From: Fimbriosthenelais zetlandica
Taxonomy: Eukaryota
Direction: 5' to 3'
Length of the DNA stretch: 64,000 nucleotides
Assembly: GCA_977030845.1 (NCBI GenBank)
Contig: OZ365112.1
Span: 13,826,001-13,890,000 of the forward strand
The stretch's first letter is position 1. Every line of letters starts with the position of its first letter. The notes beneath the pieces were generated by a model. The model did not search any database and had not been told where the DNA came from. It saw only the letters and a list, made by a program, of their open reading frames with translations. Both the position numbers and the translations under genes were made by a program. Positions 12,939-26,700 of this stretch are shown here, in pieces.

Positions 12939-15119
12939 GAGATATCTGCAAGCTTTAATAAACAGTCCATCTGGGAGCTGTTTCATAAAAAGATGCGCTG
13001 CATATTCCATACAATTAGTTACCATTGTATAATAGAATATAAGAGCTTTGAGCTTTGTTATGAACACTTTTCATATGGGAAATTATCCTGTTACATTTTG
13101 GGGAAATTATACTTATATTTTGCAAACTTCAGATGTGAAATAGGTAGACCCTGCTCTAAAATGGAAAAAGTAAAATTGCCGACGTTAACATTTACTTCAG
13201 TAGCTTTTGATTGACTGAAAATATTGAAAAATCCATCGATTGCTGAATTGAATGCAACCGGCTGAAACTTTTTGCACTTTTTCGGACACCTATGGTGCGG
13301 CTTCTAGTCACGAAATATCGATCATAATTATGTTTCTAAACGGAAACGATCAATATAGGTCCCGGATATGATCAATATTCATTAGGCCATAATCAATAAG
13401 ATCATGATATAGCTTTTTATATACCTAATTGGTATCATCTCTATATAATGTCTTGCCGAGAAATTGATTAATATCTTTCTTCTTTTATTTATGATTCGGT
13501 AGTTTATCAATTGTATCAATAGAAAGTTTGACATTAGAAAGTGGAGAAAGTAGAAGAGTCATGTGATTCTGAAAGTTTCGATTGTTGCGCATTATGAAAA
13601 TGCAAGGTTCTTGCGCAGTTGAGAACGCGAGTCGGTCGATGCAAATTTTACAATTCGATCTGACGCTGGGGAACTGGATTAGGATATATTTTTGTAACAT
13701 CATTTGTTCGTCAGATACAAAAAAATATAATGCATGATTAACTGCAATCATTGGGCAGTAATTGCGTAATAGCAGGCTAATATAATGCCTCGCTCCTTTT
13801 TAGCTCGTTATATTTTTAGGATAAATTTAATTAAATGCTCTTAAATTGGAGGGGAAATGCACGAAACTTTGGACAGAAAATAAGACCGAGAAATAAGGTG
13901 CAGTTGTCAGGTTAAATATTTTCATTTCATTGATTTTCTCCCGGCTTCCAGGCCCGGCTCATGCAGTTGGCCTAAACCCATTTTGCTTGCTGCCGGAGCT
14001 CACAAGGTTGAACGATAAACCAGTATATCATAGTAAAGGGCAGTGGGGGAGGGAGGCTTTCTATTAGTGATCCATATACATTTAATTTTTGCTGAGGTTC
14101 GGGGTTTAGCTACTTCCCCAGTAAATATAAAACTATCTTTATAACAATTCTAATGACATATTGAAATTCATTTCTAGGGCAGACCTTTACTATAAGAGAG
14201 CCCTGATTTTATTCCGTAATATTATGTAATATTTTTATTTGTGAGGGACATTACAGAGTAGCTCGCTGTGAGAGCTTTTGGCCACTATTCTCTATGGCGC
14301 TGCCTCCCATACTCCTCCCATCTCTACACCACACAAGGACCGCCTCACTTTACTAACATATCCCTCCGCCATATCCATGACGTCACCACAAAACTCCACC
14401 ACATGCCGCTTGCTACTAAACGACAAATCCTACCACGCAAAACGGAACGGAACCACTCTAATCTCCCGCCTCAGACCCGCGCGTATGAATACACTCATAG
14501 GATGCACAGATGGAGCATCCAATCAAAATAAACATAAAAAATACCAACAGTTCTTAATAATAATGCACTGAAAAGAATGAGTAGGAAAATTGTTACACAT
14601 ATCAACTTTTTAGTGACAGGGCCGTGTGTTTGAACAAGTGCCAAGTACTAGGGCCGGTGGCAAGCACCCAATAGTACAGTCGCATTGCAATAGGTTAGAG
14701 TCGATATGTTGCTGTCAGAAAAATATGTTTTCCTCTTTGACTTTGGCAAAACATGTCACTCTCAGAGGTGTATCAACTGTTTGTGTCCATCTTCCTTTCC
14801 AAGAAGAAAGAAAATAGTTTAGAAAAGAAAAATGGTAAAGTCAGAAGTTGAAAGGCTCGGTAATGAAAGACGGGGACTTGGAAAATATGTTGTTGTGAAA
14901 TTGATCGATTTCTTTACACTGGGGACGTCTAATGAGAAGAAAGTTCTAAAAGTCAGTTATTAAACATTTCACACTTTGATGGCTGGTATTTCACATGTAT
15001 ATCGTGAGCAGGAGGAACAGAGTGAACAAGTTTAAAACATGCGTAACGGCTCTATAAGCTGAATGAAATGGGTGAATTATAATTATTGTACTTTAATCAA
15101 TTTTTCCATCTTATTCCAG

Positions 15120-15152
15120 GGCAATTTGGCTTATTCGAGAAACAGAATTTTG
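15120..15152 (+). other. Candidate 33-nt symmetric micro-exon
   Basis: Acceptor tttttccatcttattccag| and donor |gtacgt. It is open in all three frames (frame 0 reads GNLAYSRNRIL). Signal-based only. Confidence 0.2.
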
Positions 15153-18100
15153 GTACGTAATTACCCTAATTAATTATCATTTTCTTTTCCCTAAATATAA
15201 TTCAACTACAGACTTCATTCATGTTATACAATAGCCCTCCATAATTTATAGGCTACACATAATTCAAAGAGTAGGCCTAATTATTTAATAAATATTTTTA
15301 GTGATTAATGGTTCAATCTGTGCTGAAAAATAATGTTTCATCATAGTATATCTAGAAACTTTAATATAGAGGTTTTGTACTGTCATAAGTATAGAGTTGG
15401 ACGGCTTATAACGGGCCTCTGTGATTGTTATGATCAGTTCAAGCATGTATAATAACACTTTGTTGGTCTTGTGTCAAAATGATGTGTTTGTATCTATTTC
15501 AGGCTTGACTAACTCAGACGATAATTAGGGGAGACGTGTCTATAAGCTAAGTATATTGCTCCAATAATTTATTAACTATACATAAAGGACTATTTATATC
15601 CACTTCCTGTCGTCCTTAGACCTCAATGTCAGTCAAATAAGAAATACTGAACCAAGACAAAATTCGGGTCAATTTTAATCGAAATAACAAATTATTTTTT
15701 AGAAATTTTTAGAAATAAATTGGGGTTTGTTTATTCACTTTTGCAAGCTTAGAATTGTTAATTTTTCTTTTTTTAATGAAAATTGTGAGTTTGGCTTCTT
15801 GTTCATAATTTACGATTATGTGAGTTAATAACTTTGTGAAAGTGACCCATCTGTCTAGTTCTTGTCTTCATATATTGACTGAAACAAGGAGTCGAGGTCT
15901 GGCATGTAGAGAAAGAGAAAAATTAGTGTGATGGAAACTTTTCCGCAAACGGTGGCTTTAATTGTGTTTTATTTGCCTCTCTTGCTCTACTGGTCTGGCC
16001 GAGCAAGGCCACAACTCTTTTTTTATAGTCCCTCCAGTGTCTGTCCCCACCGTAAACGTACGGAAGGGGGCCTTGTCCACTGGCCACCCAGCAAAATACT
16101 GGCCCAATAAAGGACCGTGTTGAGATCCGCTGACCAGCCCTTCACCTGGGCATTTGTTTCAAACTTGAAACAAAATGGAGAAACATGGGCGCTCGTCTAG
16201 GGCGGAGAATTTCCTATTCTCTGCATATAAATGGATTTATCGCCCGTGTAACGGAAGAAAAGGCCTAGTCCACCGGGGAAAGATGAATGAAAGGAAGATA
16301 AAACTAAGCCTCCTTGACATAAATCTCTCTCCTCCACGGTGAAGGAAAAAAGAGAGAAACAAAAAAGACACCAGCCTTGTGTTGTTTGCCAAGGTGCTCC
16401 GTTTTATTGTTCCCCTGTTTGATAATCATTCTCAAAAATGCCACATAAAAACAGGTGTCGCCAGCGGTGATAAAAAGTCAATAATTGTCAAAACAAATTG
16501 TTTGTTTGCATCGCAATGCAACGTACCCAGTAACATTTATATAAAGCAGAGCCACAATAATAACCAGTGCATCATTATATTATTATGGCAATACAGTAGA
16601 GGACAATAAAAAATAATAATTTGTATAAATATTGACTGACCTGTATTTGTTCTTTCAGCGAAGATCAATCTCGGAAGTTCATTCATGAAGACTTGACAAC
16701 TTGATGAGAGGGGCCGAGGAGTTTTCAAAGTTTCAAGAAGTTGATATTTCGTTGATGACTTCAATTTCTGAAGAAGAAATGGTGAAGATATTGGAGTGAA
16801 TTAATTGTGGCAGGGTATGCTGGAGCTGACATGTACTTGTCGGTGACATTTTTTGTTAAAACATGTTGAGATGGTAAGAGAGGTGGGAGGTGTAGGTTGT
16901 TGGTGTTGTGGGTCCCTCAGGTGCAGGTCTTGGGGAATGAGGCGGGGCATAGAGCGAGAGGTGGATGTGCACTCTCTAGGTGTGAATAAAACATCCCCAG
17001 TGACCTTCTCCCTCTCCTTCGACCCTCCCTGAACATATAGATTTATCTTGACAGCTTTTTCTTTAAAGTATCCCCCTCCAAGATCCATATGTGATGTATT
17101 TACTTTATTATTTTTATTTATCTCTTTTCACAAACGTCTCCTCAAGGGACAGGTAAAGCAGGTTTTATGTGTTGTGAGTTCAACATGTTGGGGTGTGGAC
17201 CATTTCCTTGGCAACATCGGATTTATATAAATTTAAATCCTCAATCCAACGAAAATATGTAATATAATTTAGGAGAAATGTAATATAATTTTCAATATAC
17301 AGTTCGGAGAGACATTCCAATCAAATGGCGGATTTAAATTGACCGTTTGCTCCCAGATTAATTGACCATGGTAATACACGTTCCGACCATCCATTTTTGC
17401 CCTGAAAGCCCGGAGACGGCCATAAAAAAGAGGAATGGTCATCCTTGGAGCTCTCCCCTGCTGAGGGTTGCTGGGGTGGTCACTTTCCTCCTGTGTATGA
17501 CCTGTGAAGACATCCAGGGTTAGTCCCCGGTGGGTCCACTATACTGACCTCATAATGCGCAAAGACTCGGGTCAATCCGCCCCTTGATTATATTTAAGAG
17601 ACTCGAGTAATTTGTTATATGCATCGACTATAAATTTGATTTGGGTGGTGAAAAAGGCCCCTTTTGAATGATATGGAGAGGCAAAAGAGGTGAATTAAAA
17701 GTACGAGTACTTGGCCCTAGTCTAGTATATTAACCTGCAGGTAAAATTATCAGTCCCCTTTGAAACGTTATCTTATTTTACCAAGGCGAAAAAGGCCAAA
17801 ATAGCAAATGTAGTTTCAGTACCCTTATGTACTATATGTGGTAAATTCATTTCCTTTAAGTATATATTCCAATCATATTCGAAGGCATACATATTGTTCA
17901 TTTGTATGATTATTCACTTTTTTATTTTACTATTTAAAGTTTTATTGTAAAACAAAAGGAATAGCCTACAATTGACCTTTCCTTTATGGTTAAATAGTTT
18001 GATGTCAAGTGGATCCATTAAAACGGAACCACCCATTCATGAAGTTCCAAACGAACATAATGGATGAAGTTCAGCTAAGTACCACTTTTCCCCCTATCTT

Positions 18101-18813
18101 TTCCAACATTTTCACGACCTTGCCCATCCTTCCCCCAAAAAAATCTCCTATAACCGCTTGACCAGTGGTATTAAGAGGCCGTGTCGGGTGGGCCAGGGGA
18201 GGAAAAAGACCCCAGCAATAATGGTTTAATGTGTCTTTAATTGGTCCCAGTGCCCTGGAGGAGGCAGGCAAGGATCATGTAACCTCTTCCTCCAGTAGCC
18301 ACCCGTCAACTGTTTAATAGCCTACTCTGCACACACTGGAAAGGTCAGAGCATTCACAAATCAACATAAAACCCCCATTGGTGACTCATTAAAGAGGGAT
18401 TGTTCTTACTAATGAAATGGGGGCTCAGATAACCAAGGCCTTGTACACTGGCCTGGCTTTTGGTCTGGAGCTAAGCATATTGGGGTCTGGCCCGTCTATT
18501 GCTCTTATGCATCCAATATCGAGCGCTAATGGAGCGTTCAAATAGATACAACATTGGGTCGTTAATTTGTGACAATTTCTTTATTTTCTTGTACTATTAA
18601 TTGTACTTAAGACTTGGAGCATGGTCGCCACCAAAGAAAAATAATTTTGATTTAGGTGTCAAGTAGAATTTTGTGTAAGTCAGCATTCCATTTGAGATTT
18701 GCTATATTTGCCTGCCTGCTGAATTATTTTCTGTCTTGTTATGACTGCAATAAGAATGTTCCAGACAAATCTATCGAATAAATATGTGGCTAAAATAATC
18801 TGAATTTGTTCTG

Positions 18814-18952
18814 TTATATATTTTCTTGCGAAGTGTACCTTTTTACATGGTAAATTTATCGGCATTTCAATCCAACTACCATTTATATATTTTGTGAAAT
18901 GTACCTTTTTACATGGTAAATCTATCGCCATTTCAATCCAAATACCGTTTAT
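18814..18952. repeat. Two-copy diverged tandem duplication, period about 66 bp
   Basis: 18835-18886 (gtacctttttacatggtaaatttatcggcatttcaatccaactaccatttat) and 18901-18952 differ at 4 of 52 positions. The upstream ttatatatttt is also repeated (18814, 18883). It appears as a repeated 22-aa peptide in ORF 18680-18976(-). Confidence 0.9.
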
Positions 18953-20971
18953 TTTCACCTTAAAACAGAGATGCACTGTTGCATCCTACTGCTTTTGATA
19001 TATACTTTTCGAGGACGATCCTTTTATAATTGGTTTTAAGCATTGGTTTTTCTGCGAAAGTGTAAGTAAATATTAGTATAATATGCAATGAACAATGGAG
19101 GTTAAACCTTCAGAAGCATCTGTCCCAGTGTCATATTTTTGAGTGGCCATAACTTCTTGGCAAGTTCATGCTATAGGGGATAGACTTGCACAAAAGCTTT
19201 TTGTTTTACCCCCACCAGTTAAATTATCTGACAAATAGTCTACAAACACCTATCCACCATAAATATTTGTATCGTGTTTCAATATTCTATGCCTCGTCAA
19301 TAAATCTATGGTTTAATATGAGTTTGCTGAGAGGAGAGAGAGGAGTGGGTGTGTGTACTCCATGAACTCCAGGGCCAAGTGCCTGGAAGAATAAAAATGG
19401 GAGGCCAAGTCTGTTTGAAATCCGATAGGGGAATGTGGGAAGTTATGAGCAAAAACTGCCTATCTGGCCGCGATTACGGCAGCTTTTTAAACGGGTAACG
19501 TGTGGAGTATAGCCTTTGTAGGAAAAGATTAAAGTGAGCTTCTGGACCAAGATAAACTAGGAGAGATCGAAAAAGGCAAGGAAAATTGGAAGACAAATGG
19601 GGAGGGGTAAAAGACGGGCATGAATTTACATGGGAATATAATGAAAAGGCCAAGACACGGAATGGAGCGGACAGTGGTTATAGATGAGGGGTGAAACATC
19701 TGTCAAAAAATGAAAATAATTTAAGAGAAAAGAAATTGAAAATATTAAAAAGTGATCCATAAAGTAAGGGAAGATATAGGAGAAAGTACGGACTGCTGCA
19801 ATTGGAGGGAGGGAAAGAGACAGGTATAAATCTAATGACATTTTATGGCATCCCCCGCGCCTCTGACAATCGAGATGTCCACAAAATATTTTAAAAACGT
19901 GGAAAAGGGAGAAAAAAGATTACGGTAGAAACCACAGTCGCAGAATTGGACACTTCAACCATTTTACTACAGACATTTTATGGTCCCACACCGTACTTCG
20001 AAATACATCCAACTGCCACAAAAATGTCTGAGTGGAGTGGATGGGCCGCCTGACCTTCCCTCTCCCTGTCCTCCCCCTCCTCCCCCTCCTTCCTCCAGGA
20101 TGACCTCGTTAGAGGGAAGAATTAAAATCCTGACCTACTTTTATCATGGGTGATAACCAAGTTCAGTAGCTCCTGACTATTTTTAGCTAGGACAACAGAC
20201 ATAAAAATTGGAGTTATATAGTACACACTCCCTGCCCCTCACAGATCGAAGGGTGAGTAGATTATTAGGGCCTTTTTATCGTAGTATTTATTCCCCTCCT
20301 CTTCACCCTCCATGTTTATCGATTGGCAGATACACTAGGCCTTCTATGATGCCAGGGCTGGGTTTTTACCCCGCTTTTTATTACATGGTCTAGTGCTTAT
20401 GATTCTTCTATCAAATCACCATAACGCATTGCTCCTATTATTATCCATTTACCACTTCATAACAAAAGGAACATAATGCACATATCAATATTCATACACT
20501 CATTGATATTTACGAGCAAGCAATGAGCACGATACAAATAAATATCTATCAATGAGCAATCTGTATGCAATTGGACGAAAATGGCAAAGAAGGACAAAGG
20601 CGGAAAGAAATTATAAAAATGGCGGGTTATGTCTTATGGATTAGTTCAGCAGTAAATTATTTTAAAATATACGAAAAATGGGCGTCTATATTCCGGTCCT
20701 CTGACCTATAGGTGCCGTGATTTGAGTGGTTGATTTGGGACGGATTATAAGTTTTTAAATTATTTATTTTTCATATTTTTGAAGGCTGACTTAGAGCAGG
20801 AAGGGAGTTGAGGAATATAGATAAAATACAAATGAAAAAGAGAACTACCAAGTAATTAAAATAATTTCAAAAGTTCTTTGCGAATCAGAATTATTATTAA
20901 ATTCTTGTTTTGTGATATGTACAAGGGCATAATATAAACGAGCATTGAGTCTCGGGATGTGATATGTGGTT

Positions 20972-21056
20972 GTTGCCATAGTTTCCGTTCCCGGCCCCTC
21001 TCCTCCCTCTTACTGACCTGCCCCATCTACAGCCGTCGGCGGGACCAAGATGGCGG
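20972..21056 (+). promoter_or_regulatory. Promoter-like module: RFX X-box plus YY1 site in a GC-rich patch
   Basis: GTTGCCATAGTTTC at 20972-20985 (X-box) and CAAGATGGCGG at 21046-21056 (YY1 consensus), with CpG-rich sequence between them. Confidence 0.4.
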
Positions 21057-22509
21057 ACGGGCGTGGAGAGAGCAGAGCGCTACATATTTACCATATATTT
21101 ACCTCATACTTTTGTTTCTGGGGTTCATGGATCATCCAGTGAAACTAAGGGTCATTTTTAGGGAGTGCTAATGAAAATCTGAACGAAATTTTCGATCGAG
21201 ATCGGTGAATTCAGAGACAGAGCAAATGATTTGCACAAATGGGATTGTATATTTATCATCTAAGGAGGAAGTCGATTGTTATTGCCAGAGTCAAATAATC
21301 GATTATGAAAATAGTAAAAAGTTAAGTATGTTATAAAGCCATCGATGATAAAGATCTTTTAATGGTATTTTATTTTGTATTATTTTAATTTTATTTGGCC
21401 AATTTTATTCCAAGATTTGCACGAGACAAAATGTTTTTAAAAGCTAAAGAAATGAGGTTCTTAACTTTTTCCTTAAAAGACAAACTTTTAATCAAATATG
21501 GAATTCAAATATTTTATAGATCTAACGACATTTTGTTAAATTATTCAAATTTCATTAGGCATAAGACTTAAGACCCAAATTTTCATAAGACTATTTGTCT
21601 CTTTTAATTTAAGAAAAGGGCGTTCTTGAATTTTCCTTCTGGGAAATTGTTTAATTCAATAACAGCCGAAATATCGATTTAAATTTATATCTAGAATTTT
21701 TAAAATTATGAGCACTAAATGGGAAAAAACAGTGGAATGAATTAAACGACATAAAATTTACTAGTGGTAGAAAAGTAACCCGATAAGAATAATATGATAT
21801 TTGACTCGTTGGTGACAGAACAAAAACACAGATCAAATAACAAATTATCACTAACTGCTTATACATTCAGGGGCGCGTGGCAGGTGTACTTCGGTCCTAA
21901 ATTATACCAAAAAAGTCACATCCTCTGATATTTATCATCTATAATTTGAATATGAAAGGAATAATGGACTTAAGGGAAAGGCCTAAGTCACATATCGAGA
22001 TCGCCCTTCTCAATTCTCTTTCTTTTTTTAATCCGCCGACTTCCAATTGAGCATTACACCAACGACTGGCATTTTGGCGTTTTTTTTTCTTTTTAAATTT
22101 TGCCGAAAGACTAAACCCGATTAAAGCAAAATAATTGCAGAACAATCCAGAATTAATTGCCCGTACAATACTATTAGATTCATAGTTTTTAGTATGGCAT
22201 TACTACTGGGATATTAAATGGCACCTTGTGGGATTAACATTAATATGACTTCAGTTAGGCATTCGTTATTATTATTTTTTTAAATTATAATCTGCGCAAC
22301 GTTTATTTATTAGCATGGTCACTCTTTTCGTTTATTGCCTTTTACTTTCCCATGGAGTGATGCTACTTTCAATGAGAAAAAAAGAGAGGGACATACAATA
22401 ATGTATTATGAACCATATGTTAGAATGCAATTTGGAAGTGACAGACGTGTGAAAAAATAAACGAGCCAACTTGACTGATTGGAATTCATAAGGTCAATGG
22501 ACCTGGGCA

Positions 22510-22523
22510 GTTTCCATAGTTAC
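22510..22523. promoter_or_regulatory. RFX X-box
   Basis: GTTTCCATAGTTAC (reverse complement GTAACTATGGAAAC), 13/14 identical to the site at 40507. Confidence 0.4.
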
Positions 22524-23739
22524 TGAGAGTCATGTATCTGTTTCCGTTCACGTCTGCTGTCAAGTTGCGCGTCAGTAGGACTGGACGCTATCCACCACCT
22601 CCCACCCTATCAACGCCACATACGGGTATCCCCCGTCCTCAATAGCCCCTCCTTTTGTTATCAATGCTGGATTCAAATGAAAGGCCACCGTGGCGACTCG
22701 CCGCGTCGAATTAAAGAAATAAATCAAGCGGATTTGTCCGTGTGTAACGAGAGAAGTGCACAGAGATAAAAGTGCTATTGATAGGGCTTGAAGTTGTCTT
22801 ATATTCTTTTTGCATAGTTCATGGAAAATGCGACACCAAATGCATTAAATATATTACATTATTCCATCATGCAATGTTAGAAAAGTAAAAAACAAAATGC
22901 TAAAAAACAAAATGGTATGAGGTATATAAAAAAGTAGAGGTGAATCGAAAGGGGTTTCTTTGAAATCCTTTTCTTTAAAGTTCTTTCAATTATTCTAGTG
23001 GCCTATTCTAGTTGGGTATTCAGTGACAACATTTTAACGACACAAATATAAATAAATAGTTCGTTTTCGTTTTAACATAAAAACTCGAACAATTAACTCA
23101 AAATAATCTGGAAATAGTTTTTCTTTTATGGGTACTCTCCCAAGAATTGGGAATAGGCCTAGTATAAAGTTTTACTCAATAATAATTCAATTAAATTGTG
23201 AAAAGCTACCTTTATCTCGTTGTCCCTGAATGCCCTATTCCCGACACATTCGCACATAAAATTTGAATCCTATTAAATTTTAAATGTAAGAAAGAATGGA
23301 TTTAAAGCCTTTAAAGACATCCATCAATTTAACAAGTGCACTCCGGTCAAATTCCACTATAGGAAAGTGAGAGCTAGGGGATGTGGGGAAGAGACAATTT
23401 TCTAATTGTACATCTTGTTTTATATCACCAAAGCCATCCCTGTCACCCTCTTTACCGCTGATTATATGCAAAATAATGCACGAATCAGACAATTTCATCT
23501 GGCGCCGTTGCGTCATTGGCAATTCCACAAGGAACGTGTGAAATATGTATGTGGACGGAGCTCAATTCATAAAGGGATGAGGCGGCTCTCGAGCTGTCGG
23601 AACATTTTGTCTCGGTTACCCATGGGGATAGAAAGCCTCCTCTGTTTCTCTTTCCATTGGATTGAATGGCGGAAGATGTATAGGCCCCCCTTGGTTCGAA
23701 ACCCATACTCCGAGCCTCCAATAAAGCTTGCCTCAACGA

Positions 23740-23751
23740 CCACTAGGGGGC
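23740..23751 (+). promoter_or_regulatory. CTCF-like core motif
   Basis: CCACTAGGGGGC matches the CCASYAGRKGGC core. The following base (T) deviates from the usual purine. Confidence 0.3.
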
Positions 23752-26700
23752 TGCCATCCACATATACATATATGGTAATGGGGGGTGTGGAAACTTCACG
23801 CTTGGCTTGACTGGGCACTGGAGTAGGTAACCAAACATACCTCATCTATATGAATATTTATGACAAGGGCTATTGGTCTAAACCTTGACCAATGGTCAAG
23901 CAGTGTCCAGCCTCTTATGTTATATACCATTTGTGTCCATTTATCTGCACTAAGCACCATATGCGTTCTTATCTTGATAAGCGGGATTCGTTGGTAATTT
24001 CCTGTGCTGGCCTGAATTTGTCACTGATTTGTGGCATTATGCTGTGTGCCTGGGTGGAAGGAGAGGGTCCAGAGGGAGAATAGCTCATTCCCACCCCTTC
24101 AATTAATGTCAGCCATTGAGAAGCCTACAACCTGTTCGGTTGGTATGAAATTGGAGGAAAGGGGTGGGGGTAAAAACAGAAGAATACCCACATATCACTC
24201 CATACCCAGTATTTTGGACTCAACGTAGATCTTCATGCCATCCATCAACGTCAAAGCAATGATAACCCAAGTAGGAGGTAGGCAAGCTGGAGCGGGGAGC
24301 ATATATACTTAATGATTTAAATTGCCTTTTTCCCCAACTGAAAAGCTTCTGTCAGTGTCACATTCCAGTGTATAAATAATAGCTGCGATGTTATAGATAC
24401 CATAGTGGGGTGAAACCTGTTGCTAGATTAGGGTCACTACTTATACCCTTTGAACACCCTGGAAAATACCCCTTTTACCCCCTGGATTGACTGTCACTTC
24501 ATAATATACGTCAGCTGGGGGGTACTGTCGGATTTCTGGAATGAAGGCCTGGCCCTTACTGATGATTATAAAGGCTTTTTAAAGAGGGGTGTGTGGGGAT
24601 AGTATAGATACCTGGAGACGCCTTTGAAGTGTCCAAACAAAGGTGACTCCTGTTAGGGTGGGTCAACCAAGTCATGCCATCTGAAGGCTGCATCTATGTC
24701 ATATATCATACATGGGGTCTATATGGACATATATACATCCTCATACATACTAGATCAAGGCAGAAATGTCCCTCATTTTACGACCAATTCATTAAATATA
24801 TCATAGTTGGCTTTTAAAAGCAAAAAGGGGATTTTTCTGTGCGTGAGCTGACATTTTAAATCTAAAGCTTGGAATGCTTTTTTTAAAGGGAAAAGGTCCG
24901 GGTTTGAAATATCACTTTTTAATAGTTTGAAAGTTGTAATTTTTAACTTTGTACTTACAACTTTAAGGCTCTGCTCTTTCATTTCCCCATTAAAATATTT
25001 CTTCATTTTCTACCGCTCTAATATAAAATTATATCGTTCAATATTCCCCAGTCAGTCAAGATTCCTTTTTATAAATATTGGTATACAGCAAACTGAAAAT
25101 TTAAACTTTAGAAACAAATTCAAGGGAAAACATGCACTGACAATCTTTGTCCAACACTTATATATTGATCAGTGTGTTTTCCAAGTGAATTAATATATTA
25201 TTCACTCTGCACTTGTTAAGTTTAGTTCGCAAAAATATTTCAAACATGTTTCAGTGGTAGGATAATACAGTAGTAGGTGAGAGCATTACACAACCGTTGT
25301 GTGGATTCTGCTTGTCTAAACACGCCTTCATGGGATAAAATCCATTCATGAATTCTATATCAGTGGATAGAACCACGAATTGATTTAACCTTTCTTACGT
25401 TAACTAAGGAGAATGGATGTACATTGAGGAAGAAATCATACAACAAAAAGCGGGAGACAGAGACAAAGTGGGGATGTAGAATATGACCTATAGAAAAGGG
25501 AATGAGCTGGCGATAGAGGAATACTAACCCATGCATCAGATGCTAGGCCTCGTTCTATTAGCAGTAAGAAAGGAGTGTGATATCCCAGGGAAACATAACC
25601 ATTTCCTTTATTGTCGCCCCAGTCTTGCCTTCAATCAGGACCCGTTCTATAAGCGGGCACACAAGAGGGGCTGGGAAGACGGGAGGAAGAATGAAAGTTC
25701 GTTAAGGAAGCTTCATTAAGAGCTCCAGCACGGGTCTAATGCCCACAGGTTGTGTGCCCAATGGCACCAAGACATGCAATGGTTGGGGAAGCCTCCAGAG
25801 CATATACAGAAGAAAGAGGGGATAGAAGGAGGGGAGGAGAGAGCAGGGGGATGATTCATAGTTAGGTCATGGACTTTCCATGTATAATTGTATCTCTCAG
25901 CCACCTTTCATGTTATATCCCCTTTACCCCATTCCTACCCTCAATGTCATCTTATCGTCCTCCACCTTCCCTCTATAACCTGTCTCTGTACGGTAATCAA
26001 CCGTAAATTCACCTCCCAAGGTTAGAATTATCATTTTGGCTCTTTATTTTTCAGATTATTTCATTGCATCCAGTGACATTTCGTCTGAACATGCTTTGAT
26101 ATGGATCTGTGTATGATATATGGCGCTCATGACATCTGGCAATTGGGGCTGCAATTAGTATAATTTGTCACGATAATTTAACAGACGAATTCGATGAAAC
26201 AAGTCCACACAAAATTACCGCAGTGAGTATATCTAACAAGCTTCTACATGGTAAATATTGCACCCATCACCTCAGTGACTAAATCACTCAGAAATATATA
26301 AAGTCAAAAAACATGAATCTAAATCGCTGATGGGAACATCCATCATGTTCCAACATAGGGGCCTACACACCGGTACATATTGATGAAAAGTGAACGTATT
26401 AGGTATAAGCCTGGATTCCTTATAGGCCCAAAAATAACCGTTAAGTATTTAAATTCCAGGCCTGTATATAGGGCTCTAAAGTGGGGGAATTGACGCAAAC
26501 AGGCGCCATGACAAGAGTTCCAAAGCCAGCTAATATACCCAAAGCTCTGACTACAGCAACAATCACTCGCTTAATTGGAGCTAATTTAGACGGGGCTGCA
26601 TGCCTGGAATTCTCATCAGAGCTAGTCGGCTATGGGTCGACCACCGAGCCGCTCTCCCTCCTTCTATTGATTTTTCCTCCGATCCAATAACAATGAGGAC

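Noticed and set aside
18680-18976. ORF with an internal 22-aa repeat
   Set aside because: It is fully explained by the 66-bp DNA duplication. No independent coding evidence.
22886-22914. Micro-duplications (taaaaaacaaaatg x2; also 46221/46234, 51070/51082, 57489/57502)
   Set aside because: These are ordinary replication-slippage products of 9-15 bp with no sign of function.
23660-23710. tRNA gene
   Set aside because: The B-box is exact, but the T-stem pairs at only 3 of 5 positions, the A-B spacing is too short and no cloverleaf forms.
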